Assembly: GCF_031368185.1 (NCBI RefSeq)
Contig: NZ_JANLRB010000441.1
Length of the DNA: 43,606 bases
Source: Salinibacterium sp.
GTDB lineage: Bacteria; Actinomycetota; Actinomycetes; Actinomycetales; Microbacteriaceae
Strand: one strand, 5' to 3'
Below, in pieces: positions 9,219 through 18,890 of this stretch. The translations under genes and the position numbers were made by a program. The stretch's first letter is position 1. Each line of letters starts with the position of its first letter. The notes beneath the pieces were generated by a model. It had not been told where the DNA came from. It ran no database searches and saw only the letters and a list, made by a program, of their open reading frames with translations.

Positions 9219-10163
9219 ATGCAGACCTTTTTCTCTCCGGCAGAGGTTCCGGCGGCGTTCGGTCCCAGCGCCGTGACGGTCGGTAAGTTCGACGGGATGC
9301 ACACTGGCCATCGGGCCGTCGTCGCGCGATTGCTCGAGATCGCCCGTGAGCGCGGACTCTCGAGCGTGGTGATGACATTCGATCGCAACCCGCTCAGCCT
9401 GCTGAAGCCCGAACGGTGCCCGCCAGCTCTGGTCAGCAACGACCAGAAGCTCGAACTACTTGCATCGACCGGGCTGGATGCTGCGCTGATGGTGAGATTC
9501 GACGACGAATTCAGCGCGATTCCTCCGTCAGAATTCCTGCAGGGGATACTCGTGGACGCACTCCACGCGAGGGTGCTGATGGTGGGTGCAGACTTCCGGT
9601 TCGGCGCGGGCGGTGCCGGCACCGTCGAGACTCTCCGGACTTTTGGGCGATCCCACGGAATCGACGTGATCGTCCTCGATGATGTGCTGCAGGACAACTC
9701 TCAGCGGGTATCGTCCACGTCGGTTCGGACGTTGCTCGCGGCCGGCAGGGTGGCCGAGGCGACCGTTCTCCTCGGTGCGCCCCACACCATCCGGGGCGTC
9801 GTTGTTCACGGAGCCCGGCGTGGTCGCACCCTGGGCTACCCGACCGCGAACCTGTCCGCGCTGATCGAGGGACTGGTGCCCGCTGACGGTGTCTATGCCG
9901 GCTGGCTCACCACCGAGGGTGTGCGGTACCCCGCGGCCATATCGGTGGGTAATAATCCGACCTTCGCTGATGTGCCCGAGAAGCAGGTTGAGGCCCACGT
10001 GCTCGACCAGGACCTTGACCTGTACGACAGAACTGTAGAAGTGTCGTTCGTTGATTTCGTTCGGGGAATGGTCACATTCGACGATGTCGGGTCGCTCGTC
10101 CATCAGATGGCCGTCGACGAGCACCACGTCAGGACAGTGCTCGAAGCGGTACCGAAGCGCTGA
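9219..10163 (+). CDS. ribF: Bifunctional riboflavin kinase/FAD synthetase
   Basis: GKFDGMHTGH, DFRFG, RGRTLGYPTAN, SVGNNPTF, VEAHVLD; start set to ATG 9219. Confidence 0.97.
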   Translation: MQTFFSPAEVPAAFGPSAVTVGKFDGMHTGHRAVVARLLEIARERGLSSVVMTFDRNPLSLLKPERCPPALVSNDQKLELLASTGLDAALMVRFDDEFSAIPPSEFLQGILVDALHARVLMVGADFRFGAGGAGTVETLRTFGRSHGIDVIVLDDVLQDNSQRVSSTSVRTLLAAGRVAEATVLLGAPHTIRGVVVHGARRGRTLGYPTANLSALIEGLVPADGVYAGWLTTEGVRYPAAISVGNNPTFADVPEKQVEAHVLDQDLDLYDRTVEVSFVDFVRGMVTFDDVGSLVHQMAVDEHHVRTVLEAVPKR

Positions 10164-10180
10164 GGATGGGCGCGACCTCG

Positions 10181-11116
10181 TCAGGCGACGAGGTCGGCCC
10201 GGTGAATCAGCGCGGCCGCCCCGATGAGCGGCCCGTCGCCGGATAGTCCCGAGGGGATCACGCGAACCTTTGTGACGAACGGGAACGGCCTGCGAAGGGC
10301 AATGGCCTCCCTGATGAACTCGAACAGGTCGGGCGTGACACGCGAGAACCCGCCGCCGATAGCGACGACATCGAGGTCGACGAGCGCGGTGGATGACGCG
10401 ATGGCCTGGCCGATCGCACGCCCCGCCCGCGCTACCGCGGCGGTGGCGATCGGGTCGCCCGCAGCGTAGCTTGCCGCAAGCTCTTCACCAGAGGAGCCAT
10501 CCCAGCCCTGTCGCCGCGCCCACGCCGTGGTCTTCGGCCCGGACGCCACGGCCTCGACGCAGCCCGTGCCGCCGCAGAGGCACGGGTCGTCGAAGCCGCC
10601 CACTTCAACGTGACCGATGTGACCGGCATTGCCCGAGGGCCCGGCGATAGCCCTGCCGCCGAGAATAAGTCCGCCCCCGATGCCGGTCGAGATCACCATT
10701 CCCATGAGGTTTGACTCACCCTGGCCGGCCCCTACCCAGTGTTCGGCAAGAGTGATGCACTCGCCGTCCAGGCGCAGTGACACCGGCAGGCCGGGCACGA
10801 GCGCGGCGATCTGATCGCGCAGCGGATATTCGCGCCAGTGGGGGAGGTTCAGGGGCGACACGAGACCCTCGGCCACGGTGATCGGCCCCGCACTGCCGAT
10901 GCCGACGCCGACGATGGTGGCGTCATCCGGAAGCATGCCGACCGAGCGCAGCACCACCTCCGCGGCGCTCGCGGCTAGTTCCTCGCTCGTGGAGCTGCCG
11001 CCCGTGGGCGCACGGAAGCGGCTCGCGGGCAGCACAACTCCCCTCGAATCGACGAGGGCAGCCTCGACCTTGGTTCCACCGAGGTCGACTCCGAGCGCGA
11101 ACCCCTGCGCGATCAC
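10181..11116 (-). CDS. ROK family sugar kinase
   Basis: GVDLGGTK, STGIGGG, GNAGHIGH and CLCGGTGCVE; GTG start overlaps the upstream stop (GTGA). Confidence 0.92.
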   Translation of the reverse strand: MIAQGFALGVDLGGTKVEAALVDSRGVVLPASRFRAPTGGSSTSEELAASAAEVVLRSVGMLPDDATIVGVGIGSAGPITVAEGLVSPLNLPHWREYPLRDQIAALVPGLPVSLRLDGECITLAEHWVGAGQGESNLMGMVISTGIGGGLILGGRAIAGPSGNAGHIGHVEVGGFDDPCLCGGTGCVEAVASGPKTTAWARRQGWDGSSGEELAASYAAGDPIATAAVARAGRAIGQAIASSTALVDLDVVAIGGGFSRVTPDLFEFIREAIALRRPFPFVTKVRVIPSGLSGDGPLIGAAALIHRADLVA

Positions 11117-11502
11117 GACGACACTCCCGCCGGTGCCACCATTCCAGCGACCCAGGCGGCCGCGTAGAAAGCGACAATGATCAGGATGACCGCGCCCAGC
11201 GGCCACCAGAATGTGAGCCGCTTGCGAATCACCGACACGACAACCATGCCGACAGCAAGGAAATAGCCGAGCACCGTCACCCCGATCAGCCCATACACGG
11301 CGATGGAGAGTGCAATCGAGCTGCATTCCAGACCATCGAAGGGGCCGGCCCCGCAGTCGGCGGTGACGGTGCCGAATTGTGCGGCATAGCCGACCACGGT
11401 CAGCGCCAACACCGCGCCGAACACCAAAAAAATTACCGAAGCAAGGATGTCGGCGACAACGATCACGACATGTCGTCGGGGGGCAGCGGGGGTGGCTTTC
11501 AC
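11113..11502 (-). CDS. Three-TM membrane protein with Cys-pair loop
   Basis: Hydrophobic helices, C..C loop and WWPL motif; TACACT-N6-GTG leaderless start at 11502. Confidence 0.75.
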   Translation of the reverse strand: MKATPAAPRRHVVIVVADILASVIFLVFGAVLALTVVGYAAQFGTVTADCGAGPFDGLECSSIALSIAVYGLIGVTVLGYFLAVGMVVVSVIRKRLTFWWPLGAVILIIVAFYAAAWVAGMVAPAGVSS

Positions 11503-11600
11503 GGTGACAGTGTAGGGGCTTCCGGACGCGCGGCGACCCGCTCGAGACGGCTCATCACAGGGCCTCACCCTCTGTCTGCAGTCCGACGTACAGTTAAGGC

Positions 11601-12101
11601 GTGATCACGCCGAGCCTACATTTCGAGAGGCAATACGAGTTTGGTTCCAGCATCGTCTGGGACGCGCTCGTGGATGCCGAACTCGTTTCGGGCTGGCTTG
11701 CTGAGGCGACGATAACTCCGGGCCTGGGCGGGCAATACTCACTGCGCTGGCTCAACCGCGATACCCAGCCCTGCAGTGATGGGCACATCACGCGATTCGA
11801 TCCAGAGCAGGTGCTGGAGGTTGAGAGTGAGGTCAACGGTACGCTCGTGTTCACCCTGTCGGAGGTGGTGGGCGGCAGCCGAGGCATGAGCACGATACTG
11901 GCCGTCGACATTCTTGCCCCGATCGAGCCGGTATTTGCGGCGCGAGTGAAAGCCGACTGGCTGACCAACCTCGATCAGCTCGCCGATCTGCTGCGGGGTC
12001 ATCCCGTCGATTGGGAAAATTGGGAACGAGACCGCGCGGAAGCATGGGCGGAGTACCTTTTCGAGATCGACAGCGACCCCGCCCGGCATCAACCCAGATA
12101 G
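11601..12101 (+). CDS. SRPBCC/AHSA1 domain protein
   Basis: VWDALVD.ELVSGW, GG.YSLRW and terminal helix W...LDQL; TACAGT-N6-GTG. Confidence 0.85.
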   Translation: MITPSLHFERQYEFGSSIVWDALVDAELVSGWLAEATITPGLGGQYSLRWLNRDTQPCSDGHITRFDPEQVLEVESEVNGTLVFTLSEVVGGSRGMSTILAVDILAPIEPVFAARVKADWLTNLDQLADLLRGHPVDWENWERDRAEAWAEYLFEIDSDPARHQPR

Positions 12102-12164
12102 TCGTCGCAGTTCCAGCGGAGCATCGCCGGGGATCGTGGGCATCGGCGCGGATAGACTGCATTG

Positions 12165-13205
12165 GTGAACGCGACACCGCACGTCCTTCCTCGCCAGGTG
12201 ACTCAACCCCGAGCGTTGGCACCCGCGGAACGGGCGCTGAGCCTGATCGGCGGCGACCTCACCGAGAAGAGTCTGAAACTGCATCTCGACGGGCTCACCG
12301 GCGTCGACGCCGTGGGGCTTGAGCAACGGGCCGCCGCACTCGGTACCCGCTCCATCAAGACGACATCGAAAGCATGGGCACTCGACGCCATCATTTCCTT
12401 GATCGACCTGACCACCCTTGAGGGAGCCGACACCCCCGGCAAGGTGCGGTCCCTGGTGGCGAAGGCGGTGAATCCTGATCCCTCAGATTCGGCTACCCCG
12501 CGGGTTGCTGCCGTGTGCGTCTACGGCGATATGGTGCCCCACGCGATTGAGTCGCTCGGGGCATCCTGGTCGGCTGGCGAGGATAACGGTATCAACGTCG
12601 CCGCCGTGGCGACGGCGTTCCCCAGCGGTCGCGCATCACTCGCCGTGAAGATAGCCGACACGTCCGAGGCAGTGGTCGCGGGAGCAGACGAGATCGACAT
12701 GGTCATTGACCGAGGGGCATTCCTCGCCGGATCTGTGGGAGTCGTTTTTGATCAGATCGTGGCCGTCAAAGAGGCGTGCCGGCGCACAAACGGCACCTAC
12801 GCCCACCTCAAGGTGATCCTCGAGACCGGCGAGCTGAGTACCTACGACAACGTGCGCCGGGCATCCTGGCTCGCCATTCTTGCCGGGGGAGATTTTATTA
12901 AAACCTCAACAGGCAAGGTTTCTCCGGCGGCGACGCTCCCGGTGACGCTGCTCATGCTGGAGGTCGTGCGCGACTGGTACAGGTTGACCGGCGAGCGGAT
13001 CGGCGTGAAACCCGCCGGAGGCATCCGAACGGCGAAAGACGCGATCAAGTACCTCGTCACGGTCGCCGAAACCGCGGGTGAGGAGTGGCTGACCCCTCAG
13101 CTCTTCCGCTTTGGCGCGTCAAGCCTGCTCAATGACGTCTTGCTGCAGCGCCAAAAACTCACCACCGGCCGCTATTCGGGCCCCGACTACGTGACGATGG
13201 ACTGA
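12165..13205 (+). CDS. deoC: Deoxyribose-phosphate aldolase (long form)
   Basis: IDLTTLEG, AAVCVY, GADEIDMV, LKVILETGEL, FIKTSTGK, GVKPAGGIRT, RFGASSLL; TAGACT-N6-GTG. Confidence 0.96.
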   Translation: MNATPHVLPRQVTQPRALAPAERALSLIGGDLTEKSLKLHLDGLTGVDAVGLEQRAAALGTRSIKTTSKAWALDAIISLIDLTTLEGADTPGKVRSLVAKAVNPDPSDSATPRVAAVCVYGDMVPHAIESLGASWSAGEDNGINVAAVATAFPSGRASLAVKIADTSEAVVAGADEIDMVIDRGAFLAGSVGVVFDQIVAVKEACRRTNGTYAHLKVILETGELSTYDNVRRASWLAILAGGDFIKTSTGKVSPAATLPVTLLMLEVVRDWYRLTGERIGVKPAGGIRTAKDAIKYLVTVAETAGEEWLTPQLFRFGASSLLNDVLLQRQKLTTGRYSGPDYVTMD

Positions 13206-13207
13206 TC

Positions 13208-14752
13208 ATGACTGACGCTGTGAAGACCAACACTGTGACGACCGGCACCAGGAAGACCGTCGCAACACGCTTCCTGGACTACGCGCCCGCCCCCGAGTCC
13301 ACGAGCATCCTGCATCTGAAGCCCAGCTACGGACTCTTCATCAACGGCCAGTTCGTGGACGGGCACGGGCCATCGTTCCAGACCATTTCGCCGGCTACCG
13401 AGAAGACGATCGCCGAGATATCCAACGCAGATGCCTCCGACGTGGATGCCGCGGTCAGGGCCGCGCGAAAGGCATACACGAGCACCTGGAGCCGACTCTC
13501 GGGCTCAGACCGCGGCAAGTACCTGTTCCGCATCGCGCGACTCGTGCAGGAGCGTGCGCGGGAGTTGGCGGTCGCGGAAAGCCTCGATAACGGTAAGCCG
13601 ATCAAGGAGTCTCGCGACGTCGACGTGCCTTTGGTCGCCGCGTGGTTCTTCTACTACGCAGGTTGGGCAGACAAGCTCGATTACGCCGGCCTTGGCCCGA
13701 ATCCACGCTCGCTCGGAGTGGCTGCGCAGGTGATTCCGTGGAACTTCCCGCTGCTCATGCTGGCTTGGAAGGTGGCTCCGGCTCTCGCCGCGGGAAACAC
13801 GGTGGTAATAAAGCCGGCCGAGACCACCCCGCTCTCCGCTTTGATCTTCGCGGAAATCCTGCAGCAGGCAGAGTTGCCCGATGGTGTCGTGAACATCATC
13901 ACCGGTGCGGGCGATACCGGTGAGGCACTTGTCAATCACCCCGACGTCAATAAGGTAGCGTTCACCGGCTCAACCGCCGTCGGCCGCGCGATTGCCAAGT
14001 CCGTGGCGGGCACGGGCAAGAAGGTCACACTCGAGCTGGGTGGGAAGGCGGCGAACATCGTCTTCGACGATGCTCCCCTCGACCAGGCAATTGAGGGCAT
14101 CGTCAACGGGATCTTTTTCAACCAGGGCCATGTGTGCTGTGCCGGGTCCCGCTTGCTCGTGCAGGAGAACATCCACGATGAGATAGTCGAGCGGCTGAAG
14201 TCGCGCCTGATGACGCTGCGCATGGGAGACCCACTCGATAAGAACACCGACATCGGCGCGATCAACTCGCGTGAGCAGCTCGATCGCGTGCGCGAGCTCA
14301 GCGATGTTGGCGAGGCGGAGGGCGCGGTTCGCTGGAACGCGCCGTGCGTTATCCCCGATAAGGGTTTCTGGTTCGCGCCCACGATCTTCACCAACGTGTC
14401 GACCTCGAGCCGCATTGCCCGCGACGAGATTTTCGGGCCGGTGCTCGCGGTGCTGACCTTCCGCACCCCCGCCGAGGCAATCGCCAAGGCGAATAACACC
14501 CAGTACGGGCTCTCCGCCGGAATCTGGAGCGATAAGGGCTCGAAGATCCTGGCCGTGGCCGATGGGCTTCGCGCCGGGGTGATCTGGGCCAATACGTTCA
14601 ACCGGTTTGACCCCGCCAGCCCGTTCGGGGGTTATAAAGAGAGCGGCTACGGCCGTGAGGGGGGCAGGCACGGCCTGGCCGCCTACCTCGAGAGCGCGGG
14701 TTGGGGCACCCCTGCCGTGGCATCCCCACCCAGAAAGCAGGCCAGCTCATGA
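13208..14752 (+). CDS. Aldehyde dehydrogenase (catalytic)
   Basis: PWNFP, KPAETTP, FTGST, ELGGK, catalytic Cys in GHVCCAGS, EIFGPV, PFGGYKESG. Confidence 0.96.
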   Translation: MTDAVKTNTVTTGTRKTVATRFLDYAPAPESTSILHLKPSYGLFINGQFVDGHGPSFQTISPATEKTIAEISNADASDVDAAVRAARKAYTSTWSRLSGSDRGKYLFRIARLVQERARELAVAESLDNGKPIKESRDVDVPLVAAWFFYYAGWADKLDYAGLGPNPRSLGVAAQVIPWNFPLLMLAWKVAPALAAGNTVVIKPAETTPLSALIFAEILQQAELPDGVVNIITGAGDTGEALVNHPDVNKVAFTGSTAVGRAIAKSVAGTGKKVTLELGGKAANIVFDDAPLDQAIEGIVNGIFFNQGHVCCAGSRLLVQENIHDEIVERLKSRLMTLRMGDPLDKNTDIGAINSREQLDRVRELSDVGEAEGAVRWNAPCVIPDKGFWFAPTIFTNVSTSSRIARDEIFGPVLAVLTFRTPAEAIAKANNTQYGLSAGIWSDKGSKILAVADGLRAGVIWANTFNRFDPASPFGGYKESGYGREGGRHGLAAYLESAGWGTPAVASPPRKQASS

Positions 14753-15606
14753 CCCGGCTCGCCATTCCCAAGACCTATAAGCTCTACATCGGGGGCAAAT
14801 TTCCCCGAAGCGAGAGTGGACGCACGTATGACGTGGCGTCGAAAAATGGCGCGTTTCTGGCCAATGCTTCGCTGGCAAGCCGCAAAGATGCTCGGGATGC
14901 CGTTGTCGCGGCCCGCGCAGCGTTCGCGAGCTGGTCGGCTGCCACCGGGTACAACCGCGGCCAGGTGCTCTACCGCGCGGCCGAACTTCTTGAGGGTCGT
15001 CGCGACCAGTTCGTGGACGAACTCATGGCGACCGAGGCCCTCACCAAGGCGGGGGCGAACGCACAGGTCGACAATGCCATCGACGCCTGGGTCTGGTACG
15101 CCGGGTGGGCAGATAAATATGTGCAGGTGGCAGGCAACGGCAACCCCGTCAGCGGACCGTACTTCAACCTCTCCACCCCTGAGCCAACCGGTGTGGTCGC
15201 CATTATTGCGCCCCAGTCAGGGCATTCCCTTCTCGGCTTGGCCTGTGTTATCGCCCCGGCAATCCTCACGGGCAACACCGTGGTGGTTGTGGCCAACGAG
15301 GTGGCCCCGCTCGCCGCGATTAGCCTGGCGGAAGTGCTGGCTACGAGTGACGTCCCCGGCGGTGTCGTGAACATCCTTACGGGCTCTCCGGCGGAGATCG
15401 CGCCGTGGCTGGCTGGCCACGCCGACGTCAACGCGATCGACCTGGCCGGGGCGGGACTCCTGGATTGGGTCGACCTGCAGGTGATGGCTGCCGATACCTT
15501 GAAGAGGGTGCAAAGCCCGGTGGAGGGATTCCCCATCCCGTCCCTTGAACGAATTGTGGCGTTGACGGAGACTAAAACGGTCTGGCACACCAAGTCGCTC
15601 GCATGA
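14749..15606 (+). CDS. Truncated aldehyde dehydrogenase-like protein (Rossmann/oligomerization domains only)
   Basis: ALDH N-domain motifs (YAGWADK, EPTGVV, GVVNILTG, ETKTVW) but no ELGG or catalytic Cys domain; ATGA overlap. Confidence 0.9.
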   Translation: MTRLAIPKTYKLYIGGKFPRSESGRTYDVASKNGAFLANASLASRKDARDAVVAARAAFASWSAATGYNRGQVLYRAAELLEGRRDQFVDELMATEALTKAGANAQVDNAIDAWVWYAGWADKYVQVAGNGNPVSGPYFNLSTPEPTGVVAIIAPQSGHSLLGLACVIAPAILTGNTVVVVANEVAPLAAISLAEVLATSDVPGGVVNILTGSPAEIAPWLAGHADVNAIDLAGAGLLDWVDLQVMAADTLKRVQSPVEGFPIPSLERIVALTETKTVWHTKSLA

Positions 15607-15675
15607 GTCGGCCGTGCATCGGCAGTCGAATCAAGGCCACATGAAAACGCCAGCATCGCAGGTAAACTTGGGCGC

Positions 15676-17208
15676 ATGCGAATCCTCGTTACCGGATCAA
15701 CGGGTTACATTGGCGGCCGTCTCGCGCCACGACTAGCCGAGGCAGGGCACCACGTCCGCGTACTGGTTCGAGACCCCCTGAAGCTCAGGGATGCGCCGTG
15801 GGCCGACGATGTCGACGTCATGACGGGTGACCTGGCAGACGCCGCCGCGGTGGCCCGCGCTGTGGAGGGCATCGACGTCGTCTACTATCTCGTGCACGCG
15901 ATGGGCGCTCGTGGTGACTTCGAGAACATGGAGCTCACGGTCGCCCATAACGTGGCAGATGCGGCGGCAGCAGCCGGTGTGAAGCGCATCGTCTACCTCG
16001 GTGGGTTGCATCCCGCTGTCCCCGTTGACGAACTCAGCCGCCATCTGCGCAGCAGGGCGAAAGTGGGGGAGGTTCTTCTGGGCTCCGGTGTGCCCACTAT
16101 CGCATTCCAGGCCGGCGTAGTGATCGGGTCTGGTTCGGCATCATTCGAGATGATCAGGCACCTCACAGAGGTTCTTCCGTACATGCCGGCGCCGAAGTGG
16201 GTGCGTAACTTCATCCAACCGATCGCCGTTCGGGACGTGTTGTACTACCTCACGGCAGCCGCGTCGGTGCCACCGGAGGTCAGCCGCACGTTTGACATCG
16301 GCGGGCCAGACGTATTGCGGTACGGGCAGATGATGAACGGCTACGCAGTGGAAGCGGGCCTGCGACAGCGTCCCATCGCAAGCCTGCCGGTGCTGACACC
16401 GTGGCTGGCGTCGCAATGGGTGAACCTGGTTACCCCGATCCCGCGGGCGCTGGCGGTTCCCATTATCGAGTCGCTACAGTTCGATTGTGTGGTGAGTGAG
16501 GATGACATCCGCGCACTCATCCCCGACCCCGAGGGTGGCCTGACCGGCTACCGGGCCGCGGTGAGGCTTGCCCTGGCGAGAATGAATGATGGCGAGGTCG
16601 AAACCAGTTGGCAGAATTCGACGGTAGCGGGAGCGCCGAGCAACCTGATTCCGAGCGACCCAGACTGGTCAGGGCACACCGTGTTTACCGATCTTCGCGA
16701 GCAGCACTCGTCTGCGCCGGTGGAGAAGCTGTGGGACGTCGTGGAAGGTATTGGCGGCGAGAACGGGTGGTACTCGTTCCCACTGGGCTGGGCGTTGCGC
16801 GGCTGGGCCGATAAACTCGTCGGTGGCGTGGGCTTGCGGCGTGGCCGCCGCAACGCGTCGAAGCTGGCGGTGGGAGAAGCGCTCGACTTCTGGCGGGTTG
16901 AGACGCTTGAACGTGGAAGGTTCCTGCGACTGCGCGCCGAGATGAAGGTTCCCGGGCTGGCATGGCTAGAGATGACCACAACTTCGGACGGTGCCGGTGG
17001 CAGCCACTATCGACAGCGGGCGGTGTTTTTCCCCACGGGCCTCGGCGGCAGGCTGTACTGGTACGCAATTCTGCCTTTCCACGGAGTCATCTTTAGCGGA
17101 ATGGCGAACCGGATCACCGCGGTCGCTGCCGTGAGGAGCATCATGGCACGCAATGATCAGGGTGCTGGCCCCGAGTCGCTGCAGTCGAAAGCCGACCAGG
17201 CCAGCTGA
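15676..17208 (+). CDS. Atypical SDR/NAD(P)-binding oxidoreductase with C-terminal DUF2867-like domain
   Basis: TGSTGYIGG; YYLVH; C-terminal GGENGWY..DFWRVE..LRAEMKVPG..GRLYW. Confidence 0.9.
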   Translation: MRILVTGSTGYIGGRLAPRLAEAGHHVRVLVRDPLKLRDAPWADDVDVMTGDLADAAAVARAVEGIDVVYYLVHAMGARGDFENMELTVAHNVADAAAAAGVKRIVYLGGLHPAVPVDELSRHLRSRAKVGEVLLGSGVPTIAFQAGVVIGSGSASFEMIRHLTEVLPYMPAPKWVRNFIQPIAVRDVLYYLTAAASVPPEVSRTFDIGGPDVLRYGQMMNGYAVEAGLRQRPIASLPVLTPWLASQWVNLVTPIPRALAVPIIESLQFDCVVSEDDIRALIPDPEGGLTGYRAAVRLALARMNDGEVETSWQNSTVAGAPSNLIPSDPDWSGHTVFTDLREQHSSAPVEKLWDVVEGIGGENGWYSFPLGWALRGWADKLVGGVGLRRGRRNASKLAVGEALDFWRVETLERGRFLRLRAEMKVPGLAWLEMTTTSDGAGGSHYRQRAVFFPTGLGGRLYWYAILPFHGVIFSGMANRITAVAAVRSIMARNDQGAGPESLQSKADQAS

Positions 17209-17271
17209 GCGCCGACGAAACGTCAACGACGCTGCCGTGGGCTCGAGGCCTCATCGCGCTATCGTGGGGCC

Positions 17272-18231
17272 GTGAGCGAAACCACCGTGTGCCCAAAGCC
17301 GCCGAAAGTGGTGGTTGTCGGGAGTGCGAACGTCGACCAGGTGTTCCGTGTGGTTTCCATTCCCGCGCCCGGCGAAACCGTGATGTCTATGGGTACAACC
17401 ACGGCCAGGGGAGGGAAGGGCCAAAACCAGGCTGTCGCCGCGGCCAGAGCCGGGGCATCCACGACCCTCATCTGCGCGGTCGGCGACGATGAATTCGGCA
17501 GGCTCACTCGGGACGGGCTCAGCCGGGACGGAATCGACACTGCCCTGGTGCGAACAGTGGATGCCCCTACCGGCACGGCCCTGATCGCCGTCGATGATTC
17601 CGGTGAGAACACCATCATCGTCGACGCCGGAGCCAACGCGGCCCTGATCGGGCTTACCAACGCCGATACGACAGCGCTTCGCGCGGCCGATGTTCTCGTC
17701 ATTCAGTTGGAGATTCCGCTGGATACGGTGTCTGCCGCCGCACGAATTGGTCGAGCGGGCAACACCACGGTCATCCTGAATGCCGCGCCGATTCAGGATC
17801 TGCCAGCGGGGCTTCTCGCAGATGTGGATATCCTCGTCGTCAATGAACACGAAGCTGCCCACCTTTCGCGCGGCAGTAGCGGACGCTTAGATGATTCTGA
17901 CGGCGCCGCAGGAAACGTCGACGCGCTGGCCCCGGTCGTGATTGTGACCCAGGGAAAGCAGGGCGCGGTGCTGCACGAGAGGGGCTCGAATAGCATCCAG
18001 GTGGCAGCGCCTCGGGTGACATCGGCAGATGCGACCGGGGCAGGCGACACTTTTTGTGGGGCACTCGCGGCCGCGCTGGCCGAGGGAATGAGGGTCGAAA
18101 CGGCGGTACGGTTCGCCGTTGTCGCGGCGTCACTCTCCGTTCAGCGCGCGGGTGCGGTGCCGTCGATCCCACAGAGAGTCACTATCGACGAAGCTCTCTC
18201 AACTGGAAACCTCGGGCCAGACAGCGCATGA
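17272..18231 (+). CDS. rbsK: Ribokinase (PfkB family)
   Basis: GSANVD, GGKGQNQA, QLEIP, NAAP, VNEHE, DATGAGDTF. Confidence 0.93.
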   Translation: MSETTVCPKPPKVVVVGSANVDQVFRVVSIPAPGETVMSMGTTTARGGKGQNQAVAAARAGASTTLICAVGDDEFGRLTRDGLSRDGIDTALVRTVDAPTGTALIAVDDSGENTIIVDAGANAALIGLTNADTTALRAADVLVIQLEIPLDTVSAAARIGRAGNTTVILNAAPIQDLPAGLLADVDILVVNEHEAAHLSRGSSGRLDDSDGAAGNVDALAPVVIVTQGKQGAVLHERGSNSIQVAAPRVTSADATGAGDTFCGALAAALAEGMRVETAVRFAVVAASLSVQRAGAVPSIPQRVTIDEALSTGNLGPDSA

Positions 18232-18275
18232 TTGAGGCGGGGCGCACGATCACGCCCCTGATCGGAAAGCATCTC

Positions 18276-18860
18276 ATGACCGAGGAGACGTCGATGGAAT
18301 CCCGCCCCAGTATTGCCTTCGTGGGTGACAGCATCACCGAGGGTGGACAGTGGGCCGCGTGGTTTCCCGACCGCATCACGCACAACCTCGGCATCGGCGG
18401 CAATACTACCGACGACCTCGTCGCGCGCCTCGAAACCGTGATCGAACTCAAGCCGGAGGCGGTAGCCCTGCTGATCGGAACGAACGACCTCGGTGTGCGC
18501 AAATCGGTCGAACACCTCGTGCGCAATATCGAATTTGCGCTCGTCACACTGCGTCGAAGCCTTCCCGGCACCCGGATGCTGGTGCAGTCCATCATGCCGA
18601 GAGGTCGAGAGTTCGCGGCCCAGATCCACGATGCCAACCGTCACCTCCGACAGTTTGCCCCCACGGTCAATGCGCAGTACCTCGACCTGTGGCCAGCCTT
18701 TGGCGCAGAGGATGGTGAGCTAAACGAGGAGCTCTCTGACGATCGACTTCACCTCACCGAAGCCGGATACGAGTGTTGGCTCAGTGAATTGCGGCCCGCG
18801 CTCGAGCGCCTGGACGACTCGCCTCCGATGAGTCGCCCGATCACGATCATCCGCGACTAG
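18276..18860 (+). CDS. SGNH/GDSL hydrolase
   Basis: GDSIT, GIGG, GTND and DRLH blocks; start set to ATG 18276 after GGAAAG. Confidence 0.9.
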   Translation: MTEETSMESRPSIAFVGDSITEGGQWAAWFPDRITHNLGIGGNTTDDLVARLETVIELKPEAVALLIGTNDLGVRKSVEHLVRNIEFALVTLRRSLPGTRMLVQSIMPRGREFAAQIHDANRHLRQFAPTVNAQYLDLWPAFGAEDGELNEELSDDRLHLTEAGYECWLSELRPALERLDDSPPMSRPITIIRD

Positions 18861-18890
18861 CCGTTGGGGCAGAGCACCCGAAAGCACGGC

